This document shows positions 26,371 through 36,125 of a DNA stretch of 64,000 nt, piece after piece. Both the position numbers and the translations under genes were made by a program. The stretch covers positions 11 through 64,010 of the forward strand of contig JBAXXQ010000002.1 in the NCBI GenBank assembly GCA_037127795.1. The letters run 5' to 3'. Origin of the DNA: a bacterium (lineage in GTDB: Bacteria; Patescibacteriota; Minisyncoccia; Phycocordibacterales; UBA9973). Position 1 is the first letter of the stretch; each line of letters begins with the position of its first letter. Under the pieces are notes generated by a model, which searched no databases, had not been told where the DNA came from, and saw only the letters and a list, made by a program, of their open reading frames with translations.

Positions 26371-28281
26371 ATGTCAAAAAAGCAACCAACAACTCCTCCT
26401 ACTCCGGAGAAAACAAAAAAACCAATAGGGAAAATGCCCGGCAAAAACCCTATTACTTCATACATTTTTTCAGCATTACTTGTATTTGCTGTTATTGTTG
26501 CATTGTTTAGCGGGGTGTCTGATTACTATAGTAAAAGACCTGTTGCTATAGGATTTTCTGAAGTAGTGCGCATGGTCCAAGCGGGAGATATAAAGACTAT
26601 CTCAGTGGATGATCAATCTCTCGATATTACCAAAGTAGATGGCACACACCTTACTTCAAAAAAAGAAGCAAATGGATCTTTAGTGGAAACATTGAATGCG
26701 TATGGAGTACCGCAAGATAAATTGGCAAAAGTAGATATCAGTGTAGTAGTGCCAAGCGCCTTTATGTCTTTCTTGGGTACTGCATTGCCAATCATCCTTC
26801 CTATTGGGGTAATCATCTTTTTATTCTTCATGCTCACACGCCAAGCAAAAGGTGCTGGTATGCAAGCATTTACTTTTGGGCAATCAAAAGCTCGTATCAC
26901 AGATCCTAATGATGCAAACAATAAAGTAACATTCAAAGATGTTGCTGGTGCTCGCGAAGCAAAAGAAGAGTTGCGAGAGATTGTAGATTTTTTGAAAAAT
27001 CCAAAAAAGTTTCTTGATATTGGTGCACGTATTCCCAAAGGAGTATTGCTTGCAGGAGCACCAGGTACTGGTAAGACGTTGCTTGCTCGTGCAGTAGCAG
27101 GAGAAGCAGGGGTACCATTTTTCCATCTTTCTGGTAGTGAATTCGTAGAAATGTTTGTCGGTGTTGGGGCAAGTCGTGTACGTGATCTTTTCAAAATGGC
27201 AAAGCGTGCAGCACCTGCAATTATTTTTATTGATGAAATAGATGCAGTAGGACGTGTACGAGGAAGTGGTCATGGGGGAGGAAATGATGAACGTGAGCAA
27301 ACATTGAACCAAATTCTTGTGGAGATGGATGGCTTCGAACCAAACAATAAAGTGATCGTTATGGCAGCGACAAACCGTAGTGATGTGCTCGATCCTGCAT
27401 TGCTTCGCCCAGGGCGTTTTGATCGTCGAGTAACGCTCGATCTTCCAGATCGTCGTGATCGTGAAGAGATATTGAAAGTACATGCAGAGAAAAAACCTTT
27501 TGCTGAAGATGTGAATCTCGTAGTGATAGCAGAGCGAACACCTGGATTTTCTGGTGCAGATCTTTCTTCTCTTATGAATGAAGGTGCTATCTTGGCAGCA
27601 CGTGAAAATAGAAAAAAGGTTGCACAATTTGATCTTGTGCGTTCAATTGAAAAAGTAATGATGGGACCAGAACGTAAGAGTCACCTTATTACAAAACATG
27701 AAAAAGATATTGTGGCATACCACGAAGCAGGACATGCGCTTGTTGCATCAGTATTGCCCGATGCAGATCCAGTACACAAGATCTCTATTATTGCGCGTGG
27801 TTCTGCTGGTGGATTTACTATGAAGCTTCCGTTGGAAGAAAAGCGCCTCACTGCAAAGAAAGAGTATCTCGATGATCTCGCTATGTCTATGGGAGGATAC
27901 GCTGCAGAGCAATTGGTATTTGGTGATATTACTACAGGACCATCTGGTGATCTGCAGACATCAACAAATCTCGCACGTGCTATGGTGACACAATGGGGGA
28001 TGAGTGATGTACTCGGCCCAGTAGCACTTGAGCAAAATACTCGTAATCCAATGACAGGCAACAGTAGAGAATATTCAGAAAAGATCGGAGACCTTATTGA
28101 TGCAGAAGTAGAACGAATGATGAAAGAAGCTCGTGATCGCGCAACAAAAGTACTTGTTGATTATCGTCACGTGCTCGATATCATTGCAGCAAAACTTATC
28201 GAAGTAGAAACGCTTGAACAAAAAGAATACGAAGATATTATCTCAGCACACGGTATTCCTCTCAAAAAGAAAGTGGATTAA
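26371..28281 (+). CDS. ftsH: ATP-dependent zinc metalloprotease FtsH
   Basis: Two N-terminal TM segments, an AAA module ([18 protein letters not shown], the SRH region) and the HEAGHALV zinc motif. The start is set to MSKKQ at 26371. Confidence 0.9.
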   Translation: MSKKQPTTPPTPEKTKKPIGKMPGKNPITSYIFSALLVFAVIVALFSGVSDYYSKRPVAIGFSEVVRMVQAGDIKTISVDDQSLDITKVDGTHLTSKKEANGSLVETLNAYGVPQDKLAKVDISVVVPSAFMSFLGTALPIILPIGVIIFLFFMLTRQAKGAGMQAFTFGQSKARITDPNDANNKVTFKDVAGAREAKEELREIVDFLKNPKKFLDIGARIPKGVLLAGAPGTGKTLLARAVAGEAGVPFFHLSGSEFVEMFVGVGASRVRDLFKMAKRAAPAIIFIDEIDAVGRVRGSGHGGGNDEREQTLNQILVEMDGFEPNNKVIVMAATNRSDVLDPALLRPGRFDRRVTLDLPDRRDREEILKVHAEKKPFAEDVNLVVIAERTPGFSGADLSSLMNEGAILAARENRKKVAQFDLVRSIEKVMMGPERKSHLITKHEKDIVAYHEAGHALVASVLPDADPVHKISIIARGSAGGFTMKLPLEEKRLTAKKEYLDDLAMSMGGYAAEQLVFGDITTGPSGDLQTSTNLARAMVTQWGMSDVLGPVALEQNTRNPMTGNSREYSEKIGDLIDAEVERMMKEARDRATKVLVDYRHVLDIIAAKLIEVETLEQKEYEDIISAHGIPLKKKVD

Positions 28282-28772
28282 AACGCGCGGTCGCCTCCGA
28301 CTTCTGCAAGCTTACTTTCAATTTTTTCTAAACATTCATAGTGCCACGCGATAGCTTCATTGCTAAGCTCGAGTAATTGCTCGTGGTTGAGTGCTTCTGC
28401 GGCACCTTGCACAAGAGCAAAGTGTACAATAGCGGCACCAAAGAAAAAACCACTCCATTCAAAAATCTCAATAGGGTTGTGCCATTGATCACCAATATAC
28501 ATTTCGCGCATGGTGGTGAGCTTTTCGCCGGTCTTGAGTGCTTTGGTATGAGTAGTATCAAACATCTCGCTAGTTGTCGCTATATCGAGGAGCGCTTGCT
28601 TGTAGAGGGTATTCTTTTCTTGGATATCGAGGACGAATTCATCGCCGAGCTGGAGTCGTAATGCGTCACCTCCTTTTTCTAGGGTGTCATTTCCTACAGT
28701 ACAAAACGCTACAACTTCTCCGATTTTTTTGGCAACAAATTCATTGATATTCATATGGAGATAGTGTATCAT
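28278..28772 (-). CDS. Hypothetical protein
   Basis: 164-aa ORF convergent with ftsH. No confident domain. Confidence 0.45.
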   Translation of the reverse strand: MIHYLHMNINEFVAKKIGEVVAFCTVGNDTLEKGGDALRLQLGDEFVLDIQEKNTLYKQALLDIATTSEMFDTTHTKALKTGEKLTTMREMYIGDQWHNPIEIFEWSGFFFGAAIVHFALVQGAAEALNHEQLLELSNEAIAWHYECLEKIESKLAEVGGDRAF

Positions 28773-28843
28773 AACTTTTGGTAATCAAATCCGCCCTTAG
28801 CTGTTTTGGCTATCTAAACAGTTTTATAATATATATAATAAAT

Positions 28844-28917
28844 CCGCCTTTAGCTCAGTTGGTTAGAGCGCAGAGCTTATACCTCTGATGTCCATGGTTC
28901 GAATCCATGAAGGCGGA
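28844..28917 (+). tRNA. tRNA-Ile with anticodon UAU (decodes AUA)
   Basis: Cloverleaf: acceptor ccgcctt/aaggcgg, D-arm gctc..gagc, anticodon stem cagag/ctctg with loop cTTATAc (U33-UAU-A37), T-arm catgg-ttcgaat-ccatg, discriminator A. CCA is not encoded. Confidence 0.8.
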
Positions 28918-28948
28918 CAATATGTGGGGCAGATTGTCCTCTACTATT

Positions 28949-29048
28949 AAAAAACAACCTATTTTCCTGTCGGAATTATTCTGCTGAATAATATCCTCAT
29001 TTTCGCCTCAGTCAGGCTCAAAAGTCAGTAAAATAGGCTGTTTTTTAA
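28949..29048. repeat. About 100-nt structured intergenic element bounded by a 17-nt inverted repeat (aaaaaacaacctatttt / aaaataggctgtttttt), with an internal hairpin (gaattattc..gaataat)
   Basis: Inverted repeat with one mismatch and nested palindromes, located between tRNA-Ile and the promoter of the lipoprotein gene. Confidence 0.3.
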
Positions 29049-29074
29049 TACCTTAAAGATAATAAATAGGGTAC

Positions 29075-29103
29075 TTGACTTTTATATATAAATATGCTAT
29101 TAT
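29075..29103 (+). promoter_or_regulatory. Strong sigma70-like promoter (TTGACT-N17-TATTAT; copy of the conserved promoter module)
   Basis: Reads ggtacttgacttttatatataaatatgctattatatgtacaaatac, about 65 nt upstream of the lipoprotein start. Confidence 0.5.
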
Positions 29104-29169
29104 ATGTACAAATACAATAAATAAAAAAAACGAGCATATTGCTCAAATTCATTTACAAAATAATACATT

Positions 29170-30729
29170 ATGAAAAAGATTATTATATCTTTAGTTAGTC
29201 TTGCAGTAGTTGCAATTAGTATTTCATCCTGCTCAAAAACAGCAGATGGTGGGAGTACAACACCTCCGGTAGAAAAAACAAAAGCAACAATTGTTGCAAA
29301 TCAGTCAAGTAATACTGTCTCAACTGGTGATACGGTATTACTGGGAAACTACACCTATACAGTAGTAGATTCTGCAAACGTTAGTAACGTACATGCGCTG
29401 ATAACAGGCACAAGTAGTACAAACATAAGTAATGTGTTTGCTACGATTATTCAAAACGGAAATGTTTTATATAACTTACCGTTGAGTAGTTATGGAAACC
29501 AGGGAGCGAATACGCAACAAGACTTTTTGTTTAGTTGGGGGAAAAATACTTTTCCTGGTGTGTATACAGTGAATGTATATGCTCGCGTTACTAGCAGTGC
29601 TACCAAAGATTCTATTACAACCATTCTTATGTTTGATTGTAATAGTATTGATGGATTAACTTCGTATGGTACTTCAACAAGTAATGCTTCTGTAAAAGAT
29701 ATTTTTGTAAATGGAAATTTGCTGGTATCCGTATCACCAAATACTCCTATTACAAAAAATGTACAAGCAGGACAAACAATTGAAAGTACTCGCATTATGA
29801 TTTCTGCTATTGGTAAAGATTACAGTCCTTCATATATGGAGGTTGTTGTGACAAACCCTGCAATGGTAGGTAGTATTATCTTACAAGATAGTAAAGGAAC
29901 TAAATTGGGTACAGGAAGTATTGCAAATGGTATTGCAAAAATTTCTGTAAGTAATTTTAAGGTTCTAAAAAATACTACAGATTCAGTAATGGTGTTTATG
30001 CAATTAAATACTATTTCATCTCAAACAGGTGTTATGGTAGGAACTACTGTAACAACTGCTACGTATGTAGATAATTTTGGTAAAACAATTATTGATCAAA
30101 ATGATTATGCTGGTAATGGTATGTATGTGTATAAAACCTTGTTTTCAATAACAGGAAATAACACAACAAAACAAATTACACCAGGTGTTGCTATGTCGTT
30201 ATACGATATGACGATACGAGGTACAGGTACATTAAAACAAATTACCTACAAAATTACATGGAATCAAAAAGGTACAGATACTCTCAAGATTCCACTACAA
30301 TTTTTTGAAGGTAATACTAATGTTACAAATGTAGTTTATTTCACCAATCAAAACGGTGATACTATTACGTATGCTACGCCGACAACCACTGCAATCACCG
30401 TAACGTATATGTCTGGACTTGAAGAGTCTCAGATATCTAGCTCAACAGAATATATCTTAAAAGGTATTTGTGTTGGATTTAATACAAACGGTAGTGGTGT
30501 TCGTGTTGATCTTGTGTTGGATGCGCAGTATGTGAATCCTGGTGCCATAAGTTATGTTTCGTATCTTAAGCAATTTCAAGTTTCTTTGAATGGAACAGTT
30601 CCAGCTTTATTACTTAGTGACGCAAGCGCTGCAGGACATAATGCAGTACCTGGGCTTAGTACTACTGATTGGTTTTCTTCGTATCTTATCGATGCGAAGA
30701 ATATGGTATCAAGTACTATATTCAAATAA
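29170..30729 (+). CDS. Putative lipoprotein (signal peptide with lipobox-like ISSC), Thr/Ser/Asn-rich beta-rich surface protein
   Basis: The N-terminus MKKIIISLVSLAVVAISISSCSK has the Cys lipidation motif. Low-complexity T/S/N/V composition. Confidence 0.55.
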   Translation: MKKIIISLVSLAVVAISISSCSKTADGGSTTPPVEKTKATIVANQSSNTVSTGDTVLLGNYTYTVVDSANVSNVHALITGTSSTNISNVFATIIQNGNVLYNLPLSSYGNQGANTQQDFLFSWGKNTFPGVYTVNVYARVTSSATKDSITTILMFDCNSIDGLTSYGTSTSNASVKDIFVNGNLLVSVSPNTPITKNVQAGQTIESTRIMISAIGKDYSPSYMEVVVTNPAMVGSIILQDSKGTKLGTGSIANGIAKISVSNFKVLKNTTDSVMVFMQLNTISSQTGVMVGTTVTTATYVDNFGKTIIDQNDYAGNGMYVYKTLFSITGNNTTKQITPGVAMSLYDMTIRGTGTLKQITYKITWNQKGTDTLKIPLQFFEGNTNVTNVVYFTNQNGDTITYATPTTTAITVTYMSGLEESQISSSTEYILKGICVGFNTNGSGVRVDLVLDAQYVNPGAISYVSYLKQFQVSLNGTVPALLLSDASAAGHNAVPGLSTTDWFSSYLIDAKNMVSSTIFK

Positions 30730-30776
30730 TCTTTTTCATTTTGTTTTATTGAATGTTTTAAGTTCTTCTTAAGGCA

Positions 30777-30812
30777 AAGACCTTCTGTTTCTACAGAAGG
30801 TCTTTTTTATTA
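30777..30812. terminator. Bidirectional Rho-independent terminator
   Basis: Reads aaagaccttctgtttctacagaaggtcttttt. Confidence 0.6.
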
Positions 30813-30816
30813 CCTG

Positions 30817-32988
30817 TTATTCAAAGTGTAGTCTTCCTATATCTGCAATCTTTTCGAGTAGTGCTGGGTAGTTTTCGAGTGTTTCATTCTTCTCTATAAT
30901 ATCAATTGCAGATTTTCGGGCGAGTTCTACAAGGCGAGGATTTTTTAATGATTCCATACCGATATCGCTCATACCCCATTGTTTACTACCGACAAGTTCT
31001 CCTGCGCCGCGCATATCGAGATCGTACTCTGCAAGTTCAAAACCGTTTTTTGCTTGTAAGAATCGCTTGAGACGTTCCACACTTTTTTCATTTGTTGTTT
31101 CACTAAAGAGATAACAGTATGGTTGGTGTGCGCTACGCATAACACGGCCGCGAAGCTGGTGTAATTGCGAAAGTCCAAAACGCTCTGAACCTTCGATGAT
31201 AATACTTGTTGCATTAGGTACATTGATACCAACTTCAACCACTGATGTTGCGACGAGGATATCGATATGTCCTTCAGCAAAAGATTCCATAGTTGCTTCC
31301 TTTTTTTCTTTGGTCATTTTGCTGTGGAGTATACCAATACGGTATGTAGGGAATACATACTCTTGGAGACGTTTTGCTTCGCTTACTACAGACTTCATAA
31401 TCATTACTTGTGCATCTTCTGGATCTGATTCATTGATGCGAGGGCAGATAATATATGCTTGGCGCCCCTCTGCAAGAAGACTGCGCATATGCTCGTATGC
31501 TTTTTCTCTTTCACTTGGTGCTGTCGCGTAGCTAGTGATAATAGGCTTTCTATTTTTAGGCATTTCATCTATGACACTGAGATCGAGGTTACCATAGACA
31601 GTGAGTGCGAGAGAGCGAGGGATAGGAGTAGCTGTCATCGAAAGGAAGTGCGGATAGTGTGTATCTTTTTTTGCCAATGCTTGACGCTGTGCGAGTCCAA
31701 AGCGATGTTGTTCATCGATAATCACCAGTGCTAAATGTTTGAATACGAGTGTTTTTTGAATCAATGCGTGGGTCCCGATGACGATAGGAATTTCACCATT
31801 TGCAATCCATTTTTTGAGTTGTGGTTTTGAAATAGTGGTCCATGGGGTCTGGCTCGATGCGACCTTGGTAGGGAATTTGCGACAGCCACTTCCGGTAATA
31901 AGTGCTATTTGCATACCTGTGTGTGCAAACATTTCTACAAAACTTTCGAAGTGTTGTGTTGCAAGAAGTTCTGTCGGAGCCATGTACGCAACTTGTAAAT
32001 TACCAAAACTTTGTTTTTTGTCGTCTACACCCGGGCGAGACATACTAGTCAGATATGCAGCTACAGCGGCGACAGCGGTCTTACCACTTCCTACATCACC
32101 TTCGAGAAGGCGAGACATAGGCGAATCCTTCATCAAGTCTGCTGCAATATCTGCAATACAGCGAGCCTGAGCATCACTAGGAGTAAAAGGAAAACGCGAT
32201 ACAATGTCTTGTATTTTTTTATCATCAGCGATGACTTGATAGGCTGATTGTTTTTGTAAACTCTTTTTTTCTTTTTGAAATGAAACTTGTATAGAAAATA
32301 ATTCTTCAAAAGAAAATCGTTTTCGCGCAATGAGTGCATCATCTTTTGTCTTGGGTGTGTGTATCCAAATAAGTGCTGAGTATAAGGGTGGGAGAGAGTA
32401 TTGTTCGCGATATTCTTGAGGTATAGGATCGAGAATGTCTTGCATTTGCGGGAGGATTTTTGCTATTGCATGGGTGATCCATAAACTAGAAACATGCTTT
32501 GTTTCTTTATATATTGGGGTCAGTGTTGTCGTGTCTGTTGTAGCAAAAAGTGAATCAATACTATCTATGGCGAGTACTTTTTCTTTTTGTATAGTAGGGT
32601 TGATGATGGTGAATTTACCATTTTTTTCACTTACTTTTCCAGAGAGTGCAATATTTTGCCCAACAGAAAACATCTTGCCTATATAGGGTTGATTGAGCCA
32701 GAGTACTTCGATAGAGCCACTCATGTCGGTGACGGTTGCGTATGTCGCAGGGATACGAGATGTAAATGTTTTTTTGGTTTGGATTTTTTGAATAGTGCCG
32801 TGAATGGTGATTGGTGTATCAGTAGTTGCGTGCTCGATAGAGACATACTCGCTTGCATCTGCGTAGCGAGTAGGGAAATGATACAACAAATCACCGACCG
32901 TATGGAGGCCGAGTTTTGTAAGACCTATTTTGATATCTGGCTTGATATGAAGACAGGTAGTAAGTGGTGTCTTGATATTGAGCGCCAT
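30817..32988 (-). CDS. recG: ATP-dependent DNA helicase RecG
   Basis: An N-terminal wedge/OB region, Walker A GDVGSGKT and Walker B DEQHRFG helicase motifs, and a 723-aa length typical of RecG. Confidence 0.85.
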   Translation of the reverse strand: MALNIKTPLTTCLHIKPDIKIGLTKLGLHTVGDLLYHFPTRYADASEYVSIEHATTDTPITIHGTIQKIQTKKTFTSRIPATYATVTDMSGSIEVLWLNQPYIGKMFSVGQNIALSGKVSEKNGKFTIINPTIQKEKVLAIDSIDSLFATTDTTTLTPIYKETKHVSSLWITHAIAKILPQMQDILDPIPQEYREQYSLPPLYSALIWIHTPKTKDDALIARKRFSFEELFSIQVSFQKEKKSLQKQSAYQVIADDKKIQDIVSRFPFTPSDAQARCIADIAADLMKDSPMSRLLEGDVGSGKTAVAAVAAYLTSMSRPGVDDKKQSFGNLQVAYMAPTELLATQHFESFVEMFAHTGMQIALITGSGCRKFPTKVASSQTPWTTISKPQLKKWIANGEIPIVIGTHALIQKTLVFKHLALVIIDEQHRFGLAQRQALAKKDTHYPHFLSMTATPIPRSLALTVYGNLDLSVIDEMPKNRKPIITSYATAPSEREKAYEHMRSLLAEGRQAYIICPRINESDPEDAQVMIMKSVVSEAKRLQEYVFPTYRIGILHSKMTKEKKEATMESFAEGHIDILVATSVVEVGINVPNATSIIIEGSERFGLSQLHQLRGRVMRSAHQPYCYLFSETTNEKSVERLKRFLQAKNGFELAEYDLDMRGAGELVGSKQWGMSDIGMESLKNPRLVELARKSAIDIIEKNETLENYPALLEKIADIGRLHFE

Positions 32989-32995
32989 ATGAGAT

Positions 32996-33352
32996 TTAGA
33001 GTTCTTGGACTCGTTCTACAATTTCATCAAGAGTAAATTGGGCTTTGATCATAAAATCTGTTGCACCAAGATTTTTTGCTTTTTCTATATCAGCAGCTGT
33101 GCCAAGATTTGAAAATACGATAATAGGAATATTTTTGGTTGCTTCGTTGTGGCGAGCTTTGGTCAAAAGGGTAAAGCCGTCTGTTTCAGGGAGCATGAGA
33201 TCGAGCAAAATACATTCTGGATCCTTTTTAAGCTCAGTATCAAATTCTTCTTCAGATGAGGCATAGGTTACATCAAATCCTTTTTTATTGAACTTGGTAA
33301 CTTCCATATTTTTGAGAAATGTGTCGTCTTCTACAATAAGTAATTTTTTCAT
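32996..33352 (-). CDS. Single-domain response regulator (CheY-like receiver)
   Basis: Reads LIVEDD..., with the phospho-acceptor D in ILLDLMLP and T/K motifs. 118 aa with no output domain. Confidence 0.8.
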   Translation of the reverse strand: MKKLLIVEDDTFLKNMEVTKFNKKGFDVTYASSEEEFDTELKKDPECILLDLMLPETDGFTLLTKARHNEATKNIPIIVFSNLGTAADIEKAKNLGATDFMIKAQFTLDEIVERVQEL

Positions 33353-33375
33353 ATAGGCTATTGTAGCATATTGCC

Positions 33376-34116
33376 CTAAGAAACTGTACTAGGAAGGACA
33401 AGGGTAAACGTAGTCCCTATAGACTCTTTACTATGGCAGAGAAGTGTCCCATTGTGATGTTTTGCAATCATATAGGCAGTATAAAGCCCAAGACCACTCC
33501 CAACACTTTCTTTTTCTTTTGCATTTGTTGCACGGAAGAATTTACCAAAGAGTTGTTCTTGTTCTTTTTCTGGGATACCAATACCGTGATCACGAACAAT
33601 AATATTGATGTTTTTTGTATCTTGTGTAAGCGCTACTTCGACACCTTCACCTTTGTTACTATATTTAAGTGCATTACTAAATAGGTTTTCAAGAAGGATT
33701 TTGATCTTATCTATATCGATATGTGCGATAATTTCTTTTTGTGGTTTGGTGAACAAAATAGGGACACCGCGTTTGAAACTTTCACTAGAAAATTCTGCAA
33801 TAATAGCATCGACTACTGATACAAGATTTGCTTCAACAATATTGTATGAAATATGCATATCATCGTTTTGACTAAAATTGATCAAATCAGTAACAATTTC
33901 GATAAGGTGTTCGTTTTGTGAAAATCCTTGCGTCAATGCATTTTTTTGTTCGTCAGTAATAGGACCAAAATCACTATCGAGGAACATACTAAGCATCCAT
34001 TTTTGTGCGGTGAGTGATGTGCGGAGCTCATGTGCGACCAAAGACATCACCTCACGCTTGTTTTGGTTTTCTTGTTCAAGCTTTTCTATTTTTTGTAAGA
34101 GTTCTTCTGGATTCAT
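33376..34116 (-). CDS. Soluble sensor histidine kinase (HisKA plus HATPase_c, no TM segments)
   Basis: The H-box is LVAHELRTSLTAQ. The N/G boxes are ENLFSNALKYS and DHGIGIPEKEQEQLFGKFFRA...GSGLGL. Confidence 0.8.
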   Translation of the reverse strand: MNPEELLQKIEKLEQENQNKREVMSLVAHELRTSLTAQKWMLSMFLDSDFGPITDEQKNALTQGFSQNEHLIEIVTDLINFSQNDDMHISYNIVEANLVSVVDAIIAEFSSESFKRGVPILFTKPQKEIIAHIDIDKIKILLENLFSNALKYSNKGEGVEVALTQDTKNINIIVRDHGIGIPEKEQEQLFGKFFRATNAKEKESVGSGLGLYTAYMIAKHHNGTLLCHSKESIGTTFTLVLPSTVS

Positions 34117-34139
34117 AGAGTGACTAGTATATCATAGAA

Positions 34140-34173
34140 AAACCTCCCTGTGTTACCAGGGAGGTTTTTGTCT
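34140..34173 (-). terminator. Rho-independent terminator for the 34188-34682 gene
   Basis: Reads aaaacctccctgtgttaccagggaggttttt. Confidence 0.55.
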
Positions 34174-34187
34174 AAGAGGTCAATATC

Positions 34188-34682
34188 TTATTGTTTTTTC
34201 AATGCTTGGAGCTCTGCTTTTTTATCAGCAATAGCTTTCTTTTTTGCATCAAGTGCTGCTTTTTTCTCAGCTTTTATTTTTTCTTGTGCAGCCTTCTTTT
34301 CTGCGGCTTTTGCAATACGAGCATCAGAGGCAACCTTTTTTGCAGCATCAAGTGCAGCTTTCATTGCGTCTTGATCTGTTTTGATTTTTGCTTGATCAGC
34401 AACGATAGCTGTTTTGAGTGTTGCAATTTTTGCTGTGTCTTTTGCTTTTTTTGCATCCATAAGTGCTGCACGATCAGCTTTGAGAGTTGCACGATCATCT
34501 GTTACAAGTTTCTTTGCAGCTACGTATGCAGCATCATCTGTTGCTTTTGGTACTGTTGTAGTTGCTGGAGCAGAAATTACTACAGGAGTTGCTGTTGTAT
34601 TTGCATCTTGTGCGTATGATGTAGTGAGAGCAGCAAATGCAATTGCGGGAATTGCAAGAGACATAATAAGTTGTTTTTTCAT
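34188..34682 (-). CDS. Secreted Ala/Lys-rich low-complexity coiled-coil-like protein
   Basis: Signal peptide MKKQLIMSLAIPAIAFAALTTSYAQ. The remainder is A/K/D/T-rich repeats (KKA.A..K). Confidence 0.5.
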   Translation of the reverse strand: MKKQLIMSLAIPAIAFAALTTSYAQDANTTATPVVISAPATTTVPKATDDAAYVAAKKLVTDDRATLKADRAALMDAKKAKDTAKIATLKTAIVADQAKIKTDQDAMKAALDAAKKVASDARIAKAAEKKAAQEKIKAEKKAALDAKKKAIADKKAELQALKKQ

Positions 34683-34788
34683 ATTGTGTATATTGAGCTA
34701 CATTTACTAGTAAAGACTATCAACTGCAGCATTTGATAAGTCCATGTATATAGTATATCAGATATGGTGGCGAGGCTTTCCACAATAC

Positions 34789-34820
34789 AAAAACCTCCCC
34801 AAAAGGGGAGGTTTTTGTAT
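34789..34820 (-). terminator. Rho-independent terminator downstream of the RRM gene
   Basis: Reads aaaaacctccccaaaaggggaggttttt. Confidence 0.55.
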
Positions 34821-34835
34821 GAATTGAGTACCTAA

Positions 34836-35096
34836 TTAGTTACGCTTTTCACTTGGGCGAGCGATATCTACGAAGATTGTTCGTCCGTCAAATTCTGTGT
34901 TGTTGAGCTTTGAAACAGCTGCTTGTGCTTCTGCTTCTGTAGAAAATTCTACGAAACCGAAACCTTTTGATTTGCCTGTCATTTTATCAAAAATAACATT
35001 TGCACTTGTAACGTTTCCAACTTGAGCAAAATAGTCTTTTAATGCTTGGTTGTCTGTTTTGAAAGGCAAGCTTCCAACGAATACTTTATTTAACAT
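34836..35096 (-). CDS. RRM-type RNA-binding protein
   Basis: RNP2 is KVFVGSL and RNP1 is KGFGFVEF. 86 aa. Confidence 0.8.
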   Translation of the reverse strand: MLNKVFVGSLPFKTDNQALKDYFAQVGNVTSANVIFDKMTGKSKGFGFVEFSTEAEAQAAVSKLNNTEFDGRTIFVDIARPSEKRN

Positions 35097-35171
35097 GAAT
35101 TTTTTTTGTTTTGTTTAAACGCAACGTACGGTATTAAGTAGTACATTACTGGGTTTCAGTGTATCACAGGC

Positions 35172-36023
35172 TTATTGTTTTGGGAAATAGTCCGTCAATA
35201 CGTCGCTGTTGTAAATAAGGGTGCCAAGCTCACCAAATGCGTAGTTTTTGCCACCGAGCGTGATAGTAGATCCACCGATAATAGGGTTGGTATTTGGATT
35301 TGAATTTCCAAAGCCAGTATTAAAAATTGTAATACTGATACCAGGGGTGAGTGCATCACCGAGAGAAGCATTATTCCACTGTGCTTGTACTTCTTTGAGG
35401 AAAAGTGCCGTGTATAAATATGAGTAATAGTGATTGTGTGCATCGGTAAGACGATCATAGAGTACTGTATCGTGTATATCAGTAGGATTGTATGCGATGA
35501 GATTCGCCATGTCAGCGCCAGGGTAGAATGCACTATGGGTATCTTTGAGATGGTTTTCTATAGCAGTCGCAGTGTCTTGTTTGATACCAGAAACACCGAG
35601 TGAGAATTTTGAAAGAGAGCCGAGAATTTTTAATGGTTCAAAATATTTTTTGAAACTTTCTCTATTTGAAGTAAAAAAGCGTAGTTGTTCTGGTGTCACA
35701 GTAGAGATAATAAGTCGAGCGGGAACACCTGTCTCGTGTGAGACGCGAGTAATAATATCTTTGTCTTTGATAAGTCCTGCTTGTACGACATTCCATTCTG
35801 GTGTTTGGTCCCAATCGCAGACAGTACTTGTGTCATTGCAAGGAGTAGTTTTTACGGAAGTTTTTTGAGCACTTTTGAAAAAACTATCACGCTCGACACT
35901 TGACCCTCGGACATTAAATACGCCCCAATGCATACCGATATAGACGCTTGTAGTTGCAAGGCCGATAAGTGCAAATACCACAATGAGTATTTTGCCAAAA
36001 ATAATAAGATAGTTCTTTATCAT
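35172..36023 (-). CDS. Membrane-anchored hypothetical protein
   Basis: Long ORF, trimmed to the internal Met (MIKNYLIIFGKILIVVFALIG) because the ORF-track N-terminal extension would contain a terminator hairpin at 36066-36103. Confidence 0.45.
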   Translation of the reverse strand: MIKNYLIIFGKILIVVFALIGLATTSVYIGMHWGVFNVRGSSVERDSFFKSAQKTSVKTTPCNDTSTVCDWDQTPEWNVVQAGLIKDKDIITRVSHETGVPARLIISTVTPEQLRFFTSNRESFKKYFEPLKILGSLSKFSLGVSGIKQDTATAIENHLKDTHSAFYPGADMANLIAYNPTDIHDTVLYDRLTDAHNHYYSYLYTALFLKEVQAQWNNASLGDALTPGISITIFNTGFGNSNPNTNPIIGGSTITLGGKNYAFGELGTLIYNSDVLTDYFPKQ

Positions 36024-36065
36024 AGTGCTACTATAAACGAAAAAGTGTTTTTTGTCATACAGGTA

Positions 36066-36103
36066 ATTAAAAAAGCCGGTTTGTGTTTTAAAACACAAAC
36101 CGG
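36066..36103 (-). terminator. Rho-independent terminator for the 36126-36575 gene
   Basis: Reads gccggtttgtgtttt-aaaacacaaaccggc. Confidence 0.55.
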
Positions 36104-36125
36104 CCACCTTCCTGGAAGGATTTAA

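Noticed and set aside
34150-34710. Plus-strand ORFs (74, 142 and 98 aa; Cys/Phe- or Ala-rich) overlapping the Ala/Lys-rich secreted protein gene
   Set aside because: They are antisense translations of a repetitive GCN/AAR-rich gene. The minus-strand gene has a signal peptide, promoter context and terminator.
36024-36107. ORF-track N-terminal extension of the 35172 gene (start at 36107)
   Set aside because: The extension would include the terminator hairpin of the upstream gene (gccggtttgtgtttt/aaaacacaaaccggc). The internal Met at 36023 begins a typical signal or TM anchor.
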